A DNA stretch of 64,000 bases from an uncultured Acidobacteriota bacterium (GCA_963725145.1 CAVRXL010000003.1:142369-206368); one strand, 5' to 3'; shown: positions 9,344 to 20,600, counted from the stretch's first letter. Numbers and translations: made by a program. The notes: generated by a model not told the origin, from the sequence alone.

Positions 9344-10351
9344 ATGGGACCCCTCGACGCCTGGCGCGCGGGGCTCGGGCGAGTGCGAAGGGCGCCGGCG
9401 CTCCTCGCCGCCGGCTGGGCGATCACGATCGTCGTGGCGGCCCCCGCGGCCTGGGCCGTCCGCGACGCGATCCGCGAGCACCTGGGCGACAGCCTTGCGG
9501 CCGTCGAGGCGGCCGAAGGCGTGAACTACGACTGGTGGCAGGAGTTCATCTCACAGGCGTCCGGCCCCGCCGCCACCTTCGGGCTCTCCATCATGGGGTT
9601 CGCCGCGCCGCTCGGCAACCTCGCCGGCTTTGCGGATGCTGCGCCGCTCCCGGCGGGCGTCGCCGCGACGGTCATCGGGTTTCTCCTGCTGCAGGTGTTC
9701 GTGACCGGCGGCATCATCGATCGGTACGCGCGCGACACCCGGGTGGGACCGTATGGTTTCCTTGCCGCCTGCGGCGCGTCGTTCTTCAGGTTGCTCCGCC
9801 TCGGGGCGGCCGCGCTTGCCGTCTACTGGCTGCTCTTCGCCCTGGTCCACCCCACGATCGATTCCGCCCAACGGCTCTTGACCCGCGACCTGACGGTCGA
9901 GCGTCAGGCGTTTGCCATCTACGCGATCCTGACGGTGGCGTTCCTCCTCGTCGTCTCGGGCGTCAACCTGCTCTTCGATTTCGCGAAGATTAGACTCGTC
10001 GTCGAAGATCGGCGCTCGGCGATCGGCGCGCTCGCATCCGGTCTGCGGTTCGTCGCCCGGCAGCCGGCTGCCGCAGCCGGGCTCTACGTGATCAACGTGC
10101 TCGTGTTCGTGGCGGTCCTCGGGCTGTACGCGATTGTCGCGCCGAGCGCCGCCGTCTCGGGCTGGGCGCTTGTCTGGACGCTCTTCGTCCTGCAGCTCTT
10201 TGTCGTGGCGCGCCTCTGGGCGAGGCTCGTCTTCGTGGCGTCGGAGACGGCGCTGTTCCAGTCGCGCCTCGCGCACGCGCGCTATGTCGCACGGCCGGCC
10301 CCGGCGCGGCCGGCGCCCGCGGCGCTCGGAGTACCCGAATCACGCATCTGA
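9344..10351 (+). CDS. Multi-pass membrane protein of unknown function
   Basis: The ATG lies 2 nt after the M1 peptidase stop. There are several long hydrophobic segments and no recognisable motif. Confidence 0.55.
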   Translation: MGPLDAWRAGLGRVRRAPALLAAGWAITIVVAAPAAWAVRDAIREHLGDSLAAVEAAEGVNYDWWQEFISQASGPAATFGLSIMGFAAPLGNLAGFADAAPLPAGVAATVIGFLLLQVFVTGGIIDRYARDTRVGPYGFLAACGASFFRLLRLGAAALAVYWLLFALVHPTIDSAQRLLTRDLTVERQAFAIYAILTVAFLLVVSGVNLLFDFAKIRLVVEDRRSAIGALASGLRFVARQPAAAAGLYVINVLVFVAVLGLYAIVAPSAAVSGWALVWTLFVLQLFVVARLWARLVFVASETALFQSRLAHARYVARPAPARPAPAALGVPESRI

Positions 10352-10428
10352 CGGGCGCCACGCAAAGTGGTAACCAGCCTGTCCGACCGTCCCCTGAAAT
10401 CCGCCTGTTCCCGCCGGCTCTGTCGGGC

Positions 10429-11274
10429 ATGCGGCTTGCGCCTCGCCCGCCGATGGCCACCGCGCGTACGATCGTCGGCCTGCTCGTTCTGGCGTTCCTG
10501 GCGACCTTTTCCGCGCTGTCCATCAAGAAGTTCCTGAGCCGGGCGTCCGCGGAGGAGCCGATCGCGTCCGCGTCGTTGGCCCCGCCGGAGCGGCGAGAGG
10601 CCGAACGGACGCCGCTCTTCAGCCGCGAGCTCGAACACTTCAAGATCATGTACGAGGGAGGCACGCAGCCAGGCGTCGGCGACCGCGTCGCGCACGTGCT
10701 GGAGAGCGGCTACCGGACGATCGGCAGGACCCTCAACACCTATCCGAGCGAGACGATTACGGTCGTGCTCTACTCGAGCCGCGAGTTTCAGGACATGACG
10801 CGGTCCCCCTCGTGGGCCACCGGCCGTTACGACGGCCGGATTCGCATCGCGATTGGCGGGGCGCTCGAACCGCCGCGCGATCTGGAGCGCATCGTGATGC
10901 ACGAGCTCGTGCACGCGGTCATCGCGACCGCCGCGCCACGGGGCGTGCCCGCCTGGCTCAACGAGGGGCTCGCGACACATCTTGAATCGGCCGACCGCTC
11001 GTGGGTTCCAGAGGTGCTCCGCAACGCCACGGCAGTCGTCCCGCTCGAGCGTCTCGTCGACGGTTTCAGCAGGCTCGATGAACAGGAGGCGCTCGTCGCG
11101 TACGCCGAGAGCGCGACGGCCGCGGAGATCCTCTGCGCGCAGCTCGGCGCCAACATCGGCGCCTTCCTGCAGATGGTCGGCAACGGCAGCTCGGTCGACG
11201 AGGCGCTTCTCGAGCACCACGTGCAGCCGAACGCGTTCCATTCCGAGTGGCGGCGGCGCGTGGGCTTACGCTGA
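10429..11274 (+). CDS. Membrane-anchored MA-clan zinc peptidase-like protein
   Basis: N-terminal transmembrane anchor. The HELVH motif is followed by NEGLATHLE. Confidence 0.65.
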   Translation: MRLAPRPPMATARTIVGLLVLAFLATFSALSIKKFLSRASAEEPIASASLAPPERREAERTPLFSRELEHFKIMYEGGTQPGVGDRVAHVLESGYRTIGRTLNTYPSETITVVLYSSREFQDMTRSPSWATGRYDGRIRIAIGGALEPPRDLERIVMHELVHAVIATAAPRGVPAWLNEGLATHLESADRSWVPEVLRNATAVVPLERLVDGFSRLDEQEALVAYAESATAAEILCAQLGANIGAFLQMVGNGSSVDEALLEHHVQPNAFHSEWRRRVGLR

Positions 11275-13518
11275 GGGCAGGGGCAGAAGCTGCGGCCCAC
11301 CGGCCGCATGGAACGCGGCGGCGGCCCTCTGGTGCTGCGCCTGGGCCTCGTGCAACAGCGTGAAGAACTCCGGCTCGCCGCGGACCGCGTCGAGCCACGG
11401 CTCCGCAACCAGCGCACGCGAGCAGGCGAATCCGCCGCGAACAGCGCGACCAATCAGCCGCAGCCCGAACGGCTTGTTCCCCACGGCAACGAGCAGGATG
11501 CCCCAGTAATAGAAGCCTTCCGGATCCTCGAATCCGCTGCTGAGGGTTTGCGCCTTGGTTCCCGCGTCTGTGCCGAGCGCCACGTCGCGCGTCAGGACCG
11601 CCTGGATGAGGCGCACGATCTGAGTAATCTGCGGGCTGAAGACTCGCGCGATCGCCCGGTCTGACAGCGCCCGCGCTTCGTCTTCGCGACCGAGATGCAT
11701 GAGGGACATGAACGTCACGTACGCCGGGTGTTCGATGTCGGCCGCCATCGCGCGCTCGTAGTCGCCGAGCAAATAGTACGAATGCGCCACGCTCGAGCGC
11801 ACCGACGGGTCGAGCCGCCGCGCTTCCTCATGAGCACTGACCGATGCCTCGAGCAGGCCGCAGTACCGGCAGGCGAAGACGAGTCCAGCGAGCAGCTCTG
11901 GATCGCCTGGACGCATCTCGAGTCGCTTCAGCAGCCTGATCATGGACGCTTCGGCGCGCCCACCCTCCACTTCCAAGGGGGTGTACAAGCTGTGCGCGAT
12001 GGACAGGTCGGGATTCAGATCGAGCGCTTTGCGGAACGCCTCCTCGGCGCGGCGTCGTTCGTCGGCCTGGTCCGGCACGACGCCGTACTTCGCCAGCACG
12101 CGGTGGATGCGTCCGAGCCGCGCCCAGGCGGGCGCATAGCTCGGGTCCCGTTCAACCGCCTGCAGGTAGAGGTCGCGCGCCATCGTCCAATCCTGAGGCT
12201 CGACCGCCAGCTTGTTGGCGCGCAGGTAGAATTCGTAGGCCTCCGGGCTGGCGGGCACATCGCGGTCGAGCGCGCGCTGGTCCCGGGCGCTCAACGGTAC
12301 CTTCAGCGTCTCGACGATCCGCCGCGTCAGCTCGTCCTGGACTTGAAACACCCCGCCGTGCGCCGCCTCCACGGTCTCCGTGCGCAACACCGTTCCGCTC
12401 GGCGCCTCGACGAGCTGCGCGCTCACGCGCAGGCGATCGCCCGATGACAGAAGCGTGCCGGTCACCACCGCATCCACTTCGGCTTCGACCGCGATCTGTT
12501 TGAGATCGAGCGTCCCATCCGCGTACCGCGCTGCCGCGAGGCTCGAGCGGACCACGAGCGTCTCGAGTCCGCTCAGCGACGTCGTGATCGCGTCGGCCAG
12601 GCTGAACGGCAGCCAGTCGACCTGCGGATCGGGACGCAGCATCCGAAACGGCAGCACGATCAGCCGTACTGCGGCCTTGGCGCGGGCCATCTCGCCCGTC
12701 TCGGCGATCGCCATCGCCTGGCGCACGGCGCGCGCCATGTCAGCGGCATCCCGGAATCGCTGGTCCGGCCGCTTCGCCAGCGCCCGGCGGAGGACGCGAT
12801 CGACCGCCGAAACCGCGGGGGAGCCGGTCAACACCGGCGGCTGCTCGTGCACGACCGCATGAAGGACATCGACGATCGTCGCGCCCGAAAACGCCGGCCG
12901 TCCGGCCAGCGCCTCGAAGAGAATCGCGCCAAGCGCGAACAGGTCCGTCCGGCCGTCGGGCGCGTCGCCGGTGACCTGTTCGGGCGCCATGTAGTGCGGC
13001 GTGCCGACGACGACGCCGGGAAGCGTGAGGCGGGTCTCGCCGCCCGCGTCGAGGCCGACCGTCTCGCGCGCGAGGCCGAAGTCGAGCAGTTTCACGCCGT
13101 CCGGCGTGAGGAAGATGTTCGACGGTTTCAGATCCCGGTGAACGAGGCCGGCGGCGTGGAGCGCGCCGAGCGCGTCGAGGATCGCCAGCGCGGTCGGCGC
13201 CGCTTCGGTGACCGTCATCGGGCCGCGCAACAGGCGCGCGGCCAGCGACTCGCCCTCGAGAAGCTCCATCGCGATGAACAGCTCGCCGTCGGCCTCGCCG
13301 ATTTCGTACGTCCGGCAGATGTTGGCGTGGGTCAGCTTCGCGGCGGCCCGGGCTTCCCGCAGCAGCCGCTCGCGGGCGAGCGCATCGGAGGCCCGCATCA
13401 TCTTGATCGCGATCGGACGATCCAGCCGATCATCGTGCGCCGCATACACGACGCCCATTCCTCCCTCGCCGAGCGTCTTGAGCACGCGGTAGCGGCCGAT
13501 GGTCGCCGGAACGGTCAC
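11266..13518 (-). CDS. Ser/Thr protein kinase with C-terminal TolB-N-like and TPR domains
   Basis: Motifs GEGGMGVVY, AIK, HRDLKPSNI, DFGLAR and APE. TPR-like repeats at the C-terminus. GTG start. Confidence 0.9.
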   Translation of the reverse strand: MTVPATIGRYRVLKTLGEGGMGVVYAAHDDRLDRPIAIKMMRASDALARERLLREARAAAKLTHANICRTYEIGEADGELFIAMELLEGESLAARLLRGPMTVTEAAPTALAILDALGALHAAGLVHRDLKPSNIFLTPDGVKLLDFGLARETVGLDAGGETRLTLPGVVVGTPHYMAPEQVTGDAPDGRTDLFALGAILFEALAGRPAFSGATIVDVLHAVVHEQPPVLTGSPAVSAVDRVLRRALAKRPDQRFRDAADMARAVRQAMAIAETGEMARAKAAVRLIVLPFRMLRPDPQVDWLPFSLADAITTSLSGLETLVVRSSLAAARYADGTLDLKQIAVEAEVDAVVTGTLLSSGDRLRVSAQLVEAPSGTVLRTETVEAAHGGVFQVQDELTRRIVETLKVPLSARDQRALDRDVPASPEAYEFYLRANKLAVEPQDWTMARDLYLQAVERDPSYAPAWARLGRIHRVLAKYGVVPDQADERRRAEEAFRKALDLNPDLSIAHSLYTPLEVEGGRAEASMIRLLKRLEMRPGDPELLAGLVFACRYCGLLEASVSAHEEARRLDPSVRSSVAHSYYLLGDYERAMAADIEHPAYVTFMSLMHLGREDEARALSDRAIARVFSPQITQIVRLIQAVLTRDVALGTDAGTKAQTLSSGFEDPEGFYYWGILLVAVGNKPFGLRLIGRAVRGGFACSRALVAEPWLDAVRGEPEFFTLLHEAQAQHQRAAAAFHAAGGPQLLPLPSA

Positions 13519-13547
13519 TCGCTGGATTGTGCCACAATAAGCGCGCC

Positions 13548-14306
13548 ATGCCTGCTCAAGCGGATCGCATCTCGGGGTGGATGCGCGAGCGCCTCTCGAA
13601 AACGGGCGCGCGCGGGTTCGTCGTGGGTCTCAGCGGCGGTGTCGATTCGGCGGTCGTCGCCCGGCTCGCGCAGATTGCGGCCAACGACGAAGTCGTCGGC
13701 GTCCTGATGCCGTGTCACAGCGACGCGCGGGACGAGTCGGACGCGCGGCTCGTCGCCGATCACTTCAAGCTGCGGACGCTGCGGATCGATCTCGCGCAGC
13801 CGTACGACGCGCTGATCGCGGGCCTGCTCGATGCGGCGTCGGCGATTCCCGGTTCCGGCGGCGGCGCCGCCGACGACATCCGCGCGCGGCTGCCTCACGT
13901 CAACGTCAAGCCGCGGCTGCGGATGGCCACGCTCTATTTCGTCGCCAACACGCTGAACTACCTCGTCGCCGGTACCGGCAACCGCAGCGAGCTCGTGCTC
14001 GGCTACTTCACGAAGTACGGCGACGGCGGCGTCGATCTCCTGCCGATCGGCCACCTGGTGAAGAGCCAGGTGCGCGAGCTCGCGCGCGAGCTGGGCGTCC
14101 CGGCGCCGATCATCGAGAAGGCGCCGAGCGCGGGTCTCTGGATCGGTCAGACCGACGAAGCCGAGATGGGCTTCACCTACGACGATCTCGAGCGATATCT
14201 CAACGACGGCGCCGGCTCGGTCACTCCGGCGCTGGCCGAACAGATCGATCGGCTCGTGCGCGGGAGCGAGCACAAGCGCGCGCTGGCGCCGATTCCCGAC
14301 CTGTAG
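13548..14306 (+). CDS. nadE: NH3-dependent NAD+ synthetase
   Basis: SGGVDS PP-loop, YFTKYGDGG, and the typical length. The ATG at 13548 is preferred over the ORF-track start at 13527. Confidence 0.9.
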   Translation: MPAQADRISGWMRERLSKTGARGFVVGLSGGVDSAVVARLAQIAANDEVVGVLMPCHSDARDESDARLVADHFKLRTLRIDLAQPYDALIAGLLDAASAIPGSGGGAADDIRARLPHVNVKPRLRMATLYFVANTLNYLVAGTGNRSELVLGYFTKYGDGGVDLLPIGHLVKSQVRELARELGVPAPIIEKAPSAGLWIGQTDEAEMGFTYDDLERYLNDGAGSVTPALAEQIDRLVRGSEHKRALAPIPDL

Positions 14307-14402
14307 CCCCACATCCCGAAGCCGGACGTTGAACCTTCGGCATCCAGCCGAGGTACGCCGGGCGTAGACCCAGATGAAGGCCATTTACCAATAGGAGGGG
14401 CC

Positions 14403-14714
14403 ATGCAACTGGAACGCTCGGGAGGAAATCTAGTCGAGGTACTCGATCGTGTCCTCGACAAGGGCATCGTCATCGATGCCTTCGTGCGGGTTTCAATCGT
14501 TGGCTTCGAGATCATCAGCGTGGAAGCACGCGTCATCGTCGCCTCGGTTGAGACGTATCTCAAATACTCGGAGAGCCTGGGCCTTGGACCGGCCGACGCT
14601 CGCCCGGTACTGGAAGCGGCGCCGATACCTGCCGGGATGCTGACGGCTGGTTCTCAGGAAGCGGAGTTGCTCAAGCGGAGCGGCCGGACTCGCGCAGCGG
14701 CCAGCGCAGCGTGA
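14403..14714 (+). CDS. gvpA: Gas vesicle structural protein, GvpA/GvpJ family (orphan)
   Basis: [46 protein letters not shown] is nearly collinear with the canonical GvpA core. A strong AGGAGGGG SD is present. GC is about 54% over the first 120 nt, against about 70% in the flanks. Confidence 0.85.
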   Translation: MQLERSGGNLVEVLDRVLDKGIVIDAFVRVSIVGFEIISVEARVIVASVETYLKYSESLGLGPADARPVLEAAPIPAGMLTAGSQEAELLKRSGRTRAAASAA

Positions 14715-14718
14715 GGCC

Positions 14719-14732
14719 CCGGTTCGAACCGG
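14719..14732 (+). terminator. Perfect palindrome CCGGTTCGAACCGG 5 nt after the gvpA stop
   Basis: Read directly. There is no T-tract, so intrinsic-terminator function is uncertain. Confidence 0.3.
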
Positions 14733-14780
14733 ACGTTACAGACACGGGGAGTGCAAGCCCGACTCTGTAGCGTCCGGCCT

Positions 14781-17612
14781 TCATCCCCCCAACGCTTCAA
14801 TGCCCGCCTGCGGCGTCCAGGGCGCCTGCGGCTCGACCGTCCCCTCGGGCGCGGGCTCACCCGCCAGCCGGCGCCGCGCCGCGCGCGCGGTTTCGCGCAG
14901 GAGCGGATCGGCGGCGTCGGACAGCCGCTCGAGCTCTGGGGCGAGCGTCTCGAGCCGGAGAGAGCCCACGGCGAACGCCGCGCACGATCGTAGCCAGGGG
15001 TCTTCGCTCGCCAGCAGCACACCCACCGCTTCGTCAATCGTCTGCACCTCGGACCCAACCAGCCGGTCGGCGCGTTCGACACGCTCGAGCACACTGAGCT
15101 GACTGTCGAGCAGCGGCACGAGCAGCTGGTCGAGATGTGACGGCAGCACTTCCTCGAGCAGCTCGAGCGCATCGGCGCGCAGCGACGGGTTGGCGGCGCG
15201 AAGGCCGAAGTAGGCGTCGTGCAGCCCCTTGTGCGGGTAGAGGAGCGACAGGAGGCGGAAGATCCGTTCGACCTCCTGCTCCATCGCCTGATGGAGCCCC
15301 TGAACGACGGGATCGTCTTCCGGGAGCCGCGCGCGCAGCACGCCCAGGACCTGGTACGAGCGATAGTGCCCGAAGATCTCCGCGGTCAGCAGCATTTCGA
15401 CCTTCTCGGGCTCGCTCGGGATGTCGGGGTTGTTGCGCCGCAGCTTGTTGAGCGCCGCGATGATACGGTGCCGCAGCGTGGGGTCGCTTTCGAGCAGCGT
15501 CTCGACAAGCGCGCGTTCCGCGGCGGGCGAGGCCACGCGGACGAACACGTCGGGGATCTCCCGCCTGGCTTCGATCGGTGTTGACGGATCCTGCAGCCGC
15601 TCGCGCAGAAGCCCGACGACGTCGTCTCCCATCTGCCCCAGCGCCTCGACGGCGTCGCGGCCCACCTTCGGGTGTCCGAGACGTGCGGCGACCAGGGTCG
15701 CCAGGTGGCGCGATCGGCGCCCCGCCGCGGCCCGAATCGCGTGACGCAGGACGTCCGGGTCCGCCTCGTCGGGCGCGAGGAGCCGCGCGACCTGGGGCTC
15801 GAACAGGTCCGGCGGCAGCCGCGCCAGGAGCCGCGCCGCTTCGGCGCGGTCGCGCGCTCCCTCCGGCCCCTGCTCCGCGACCATTCCGTCGAGGATGAGC
15901 CCGGCGGCGTCGAGGTTCCGCCCGGGCCCGTCGCTCACCAGAAACGCGACCATGCCGGCCCGAATGGAAAAGTCCGAGAACGCGCCCGCCTCCTGGATTC
16001 GCGCCAGTGGATCGATTCCGAAGTGGCGCGTCAAGTACAGCAGGGCCTCGGTGCGCGTCTCGAGGTCATCGTCCGAGAGGCACGCCTCGACCTCGGCCCG
16101 CGCCGACCGATCGCCGGCGGCACTGAGCAGCGCGATCGCGCGGCGGCGGATGACGGGTGACGAGTGCGAGACCAGCCCGCGCAGCGCGGGGTGGAGCGGG
16201 TTGGGCTGCGCTTCGAGCAGGTCGAGCGCGTACAGCACGTCCGCGGGCTCGTCGGCCTTCAGCTTCGCCGCGAGCGCTTCGGCCATCGAGCGATCGAGCG
16301 CCGCGGCGGAGGCGCGCTCCGAGTCGATGCGATGCTTGTGGATGTTCTCGCGGATCGCGACGACGTACTCGTGGCGGAGACGGTTCGCGACGTAGAGCCA
16401 CACGAGGGTCACCGCGACGATGAGCGTCGCGGTCCCGCGCAGCTCCAGTTCGAGCCCACCGAGCCCCACGAACCCCTGCGTGACGAGGCCCAGGACGATC
16501 GCGCCGGCGGCATCCGCCAGGCGGTTGATGATGATGTCGATCGTGGACTTCACGTGGGTGCGCAGCGCGCCCGGAATCGGCAGGTACAGCAGCTCGAACG
16601 TCGCCTTGTCGAGCGAGAATCGCAGGCCCTGGTCGAACGCGTTCGACATCACGACCGGCCAGAACAGCGGCACGCCGATGACGACCGACGAGGAGATCGC
16701 GAGCAGCGTCGGAAGGATCAGGATCGTCGACGAGAGGCCGAAGCGGCGCAGCATCGGGCCGGTGACGAACAGCTGGATCGCGAACGCCACGAGGCCGAGC
16801 GAGGAGTTGACCGTGCTGAAGAACGCCGTCAGCCGGTCGGCGTCGTCGCCGAACCGTGTCTCGGCCATCAGGCTGAACTGGAATCCGATCCATTGCGTCG
16901 AGATCGCGACGCAGATGACGAGCGCCGCGATGAGCCGGAGGTACCGGCTCCCGCCGATCGTGCGCAGCGTCTCGCGGAAGGGAACGCGCGGGCGCCGCGT
17001 GCGCGCGCCACTCCTCGGCAGCCGCCGTGATGCGGCGGTCACGATGATCGCCGCGAGCGCCACGAGCAGAGCCAGAACGAGAAGGAGGTTGACCGTCCCG
17101 ATCGGCCCGACGAGCAGCCGCCCCAGCAGCCCGCCCGCGATGGCGCCCAGCGAGGCGCCGCTGCCGATCAGGCCGAAGAGCCGCTTGGCCTGGCGCGTGT
17201 CGAAGATCGCGCCCGTAAACGCCCACGCCTGCACCGGCGCGATGATCCCGAAACAGTTCACCCAGATGTAGAAGACCGCCGGGAGGCCGGGGAAGCTCGC
17301 GAAGCGGAAGGCGTACCAGAACAGCGCGATGTTCGCGCAGAAGAACCACAGCGACAGGATCACCAGGCGCCGGTGACCCACCCGGGCGGCGATCCGGCTG
17401 TATACAGCGACGAACGCCGTCAGCGCCGCCGGTACGGCGGCATACACGTAGACCAGCTTGTAGGCCCCGTACTCCTTCAGAAAGAGGCCGTTGCGGATCG
17501 GCTTGGCCAGGAGGTACGAGGCGACGACCGTCGCAATGTAGAAAAAGACCAGCAGGACGGCCGCCCCTTCCCCGGGCCGAATATCGAAGAAGCGGCGGAG
17601 GCGCTGGACCAC
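14781..17612 (-). CDS. TLC/AAA-type (ATP:ADP-antiporter-like) MFS transporter fused to a HEAT-repeat domain
   Basis: 943 aa. About 12 transmembrane segments at the N-terminus, with RQAKRLFGLIGSGASLG. The C-terminal half is a long helical HEAT-like array. Confidence 0.7.
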   Translation of the reverse strand: MVQRLRRFFDIRPGEGAAVLLVFFYIATVVASYLLAKPIRNGLFLKEYGAYKLVYVYAAVPAALTAFVAVYSRIAARVGHRRLVILSLWFFCANIALFWYAFRFASFPGLPAVFYIWVNCFGIIAPVQAWAFTGAIFDTRQAKRLFGLIGSGASLGAIAGGLLGRLLVGPIGTVNLLLVLALLVALAAIIVTAASRRLPRSGARTRRPRVPFRETLRTIGGSRYLRLIAALVICVAISTQWIGFQFSLMAETRFGDDADRLTAFFSTVNSSLGLVAFAIQLFVTGPMLRRFGLSSTILILPTLLAISSSVVIGVPLFWPVVMSNAFDQGLRFSLDKATFELLYLPIPGALRTHVKSTIDIIINRLADAAGAIVLGLVTQGFVGLGGLELELRGTATLIVAVTLVWLYVANRLRHEYVVAIRENIHKHRIDSERASAAALDRSMAEALAAKLKADEPADVLYALDLLEAQPNPLHPALRGLVSHSSPVIRRRAIALLSAAGDRSARAEVEACLSDDDLETRTEALLYLTRHFGIDPLARIQEAGAFSDFSIRAGMVAFLVSDGPGRNLDAAGLILDGMVAEQGPEGARDRAEAARLLARLPPDLFEPQVARLLAPDEADPDVLRHAIRAAAGRRSRHLATLVAARLGHPKVGRDAVEALGQMGDDVVGLLRERLQDPSTPIEARREIPDVFVRVASPAAERALVETLLESDPTLRHRIIAALNKLRRNNPDIPSEPEKVEMLLTAEIFGHYRSYQVLGVLRARLPEDDPVVQGLHQAMEQEVERIFRLLSLLYPHKGLHDAYFGLRAANPSLRADALELLEEVLPSHLDQLLVPLLDSQLSVLERVERADRLVGSEVQTIDEAVGVLLASEDPWLRSCAAFAVGSLRLETLAPELERLSDAADPLLRETARAARRRLAGEPAPEGTVEPQAPWTPQAGIEALGG

Positions 17613-17645
17613 GCGGAAGATTCTACGATAGGCTTCAGTCCTCCC

Positions 17646-20600
17646 ATGTCGCTCCGCCGCCTGCTCTCACCCCTGGTCGAGCTCCGCGATCGAGAGGCCC
17701 CGACGGCTCTCCTGATGTTCGCGTACTCGTTCTGCGCCATGGCGGGTTGGAACGTCGTCAAGCCGGCGACGCGCTCACAGTTCATCAATTCGCTGGGCGC
17801 CGACAACCTGCCGTACGTGCAGCTCGTGGCGGGTCTGATCATGGGATTCGTCATCCAGGGCTACACGAGCGCGATGAAGCTGCTGCCGCGCCGCTGGGTG
17901 TTCGCGGCGACTCAGGTCGTGATGATCGGACTGCTCCTCGGCTTCTGGGTGCTGTTCCAGACCGGCCAGGGCTGGGTGTCGGTCGCGTTCTACCTCTGGG
18001 GCGTGCTCGCGGGCAGCCTGCTCATCAGCCAGTTCTGGACGCTCGCGAACGACGTCTACGACCCGCGCCAGGCGAAGCGCGTCTTCGGGTTCATCGGCGG
18101 CGGATCCAGCCTGGGCGGGATGGTGGGCGCCGGGTTCGCGGGCCAATACGCGAAGGCGATCGGGACGACGAACCTGATCCTCGTGGCGGCCGTGATTCTC
18201 GCGGTCTGCTTCGGGGTGATCTGGATGATCACCATGCGCGAGAAGCCCGCCGAGACCGGCAAGGTCGGCGGAGAAGAGGACAGCATCAGTCTTCGGGAGG
18301 CGGTCCAGCTCCTGATGCAGTCCAAGCATTTCCAGGTCATCGCGCTCGTCATCAGCTTCGCCGCGATCGGCGCGGGCATCGTCGAGCAGCAGATGAACAT
18401 GGCGGTCGAGGGCCAGATCGCCGACAAAGACGCGCGGACCGCCTTCATCGGGAACGTCATCTTCTACTCGTCGCTCGCCGGGTTCTTCATTCAGATGACG
18501 CTCACGTCGCGGCTGCACCGCCTGCTCGGGATCGGCTTCGCGCTGCTGCTGTTGCCGATGACGCTGGGCGCCACCGGCGTCCTGATGCTGATGGTGCCCA
18601 TGCTGTGGACGTCGGCCGTCGCCCGCGGCGTGGACACGGCGCTCCGCTACAACGTGGACAAGACCACGCGCGAAATCCTGTTCATGCCGCTCCCGACGAC
18701 CATGAAGTATCAGGCCAAGCCCTTCGCGGACGTGGCGGTCGATCGGTTCGCCAAGGGTCTCGGCGCGCTCCTGCTCATCATCGCGATCAAGGGGTTCGGT
18801 TTCACCTGGTGGCAGCTCAGCTACATCAACCTGGTCGTTGCCGCACTCTGGGCGCTGCTGGCGCTGCGCGCACGGCGGGAGTACCTGCGAAGCTTCCGGA
18901 AGGGCCTGGAGACCCGGGGGATCGACACGGGGGACTTGCGGGCCACGGTGGCGGACCTGGTGACGATCGAGACGCTCGTCGAAGAACTGGCCCATCCGGA
19001 CGAAGCGCGCGTCGTGTACGCGATCGACGTGCTCGAATCGCTGGACAAGCGCAATCTGGTCACGCCGCTGCTGCTCTACCACGCCTCGCCCGCCGTGCGG
19101 TCGCGCGCGCTGACGGCGCTCTCGAGCGTCCGCCCGGACGTGGCGGCACGCTGGCTGCCTTCCGTCGAGCGGATGCTGGGAGACGCGAGCGCCGACGTGC
19201 GCGCCGCCGCGATCGGCGCGCTGGCCGCGATTCGCGGCGAGGATGCCGCGGGGCTCGCGCGACCGCTCATCGACGATCCGGACCCGCGCATCGCGGGCAC
19301 CGCGGCCGTCGTCCTCGCCGGCAGCAGCCAGGAGAAGGATCGCGAGGATGCCGAGGCGGCGCTCGTCCGCATCGCCGGGGACACGCGGTCCGAAGCGGCG
19401 GCCGCCCGGCGCGACCTGGCCGCCGCGCTCGGCCGCCTGGCGCATCCAGGCCTGCGCCCGCTGCTGATTCCGCTCCTGTACGATCCGGACCGATCGGTCG
19501 CCGAGGAAGCGCTTCGCACGGCAAAAGCGCTCGGACCGCACGACTTCCTGTTCGTGCCGACGCTCGTGTCGCTGCTGCGCAACCGCCGGCTGAAGAGCGC
19601 GGCGCGCGACGTCCTCGTCAGCTACGGCGAGTCGGTCCTGGACGCGCTCGACCACTTCCTCCGCGATCAGGAGGAAGACGTCTGGGTCCGGCGCCACCTG
19701 CCGGCGACCATCGCGCAGTTCGAGACACAGCGTGCGGTCGACATCCTGACCTCGGTGCTCGCGGAGCCGGACGGTTTCCTGCGCTACAAGGCGGTCGCCG
19801 GGCTCGAGCGGCTGCGCCGGGCGCGCCCCGATCTGAACTTCCCCCGTGAGCCGATCGAGACGCTCGCGCTGCGCGAAGGCCGGCAGTTCTTCACCTACCT
19901 CACGCTGGATCACAACCTGACGCGCGTCCGCGCCGGCCAGGATTCCCTCCTCGCCCACGCGCTCAAGGAGAAAATCCGCCGGACGTCGGACCGCGTCTAC
20001 CGCCTTCTCGCGCTGATTTATCCCTGGAAGGACATCGCCGCCGCGCGCTGGGCGCTCGAGCGCGGGGACTCGCGCGCTAAATCCAATGCGTCGGAATACC
20101 TCGACAACGTCCTGACCGGCAACCTGCGCAAGCGGCTCGTCCCGGTGCTCGAAGACATGCCGCTCGAGGAGAAGGTCCGGAAGGCGCACGTGCAGCTCCG
20201 GTCGCGCCCGCGCGACATCGAGGAAACGCTCCTGGAGCTCATCAACGACGACGATCAGGTGGTGTCCGCCGCCGCGATCGATCTGGTCCGCGAGCAGAAG
20301 CTCTGGGCGCTCGAAGACGACGTCGAGCACGTGCTGGCGCACCGCGACGTCAAGGACTGGTACGTGTTCGAGGCGGCTTCCTGGACGCTCGCCGCCCGCC
20401 GCGTGGGCGAGGCGCGGCGCCGCGACCTCTGGCTGGAGCCGCTGCCCGCCGTCGAGATCGCCTCACGGCTTCGGCGGCTGCCGCTGTTCGCGTCGCTCTG
20501 GGTGGACGAGCTGTTCCGGATCGCGGGCGCCGGCCGGCAGACCCGACACGATGCCGGCCGCGTGCTGCTGCAGGAAGGGGCGCTCCCCGAAGAGGTGCAC

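Noticed and set aside
14403-14714. A gas-vesicle gene cluster.
   Set aside because: Only a single GvpA-type gene is present. The neighbours are nadE and transporter-like genes. No GvpN (AAA+), GvpF/L, GvpG, GvpK or GvpJ-type ORF is recognisable nearby.
17775-20342. Very long antisense or alternative-frame ORFs, for example 17775-20342 (-), 17747-19849 (+), 45171-47279 (-), 62249-63985 (-), 24502-25515 (-), 10282-11241 (-) and 28520-30709 (-).
   Set aside because: Their translations are Arg/Pro/Gly/Ala-rich low-complexity sequence with no motifs. They lie opposite or overlapping ORFs with clear family signatures. Such ORFs are the expected artefact of about 70% GC DNA with few stop codons.
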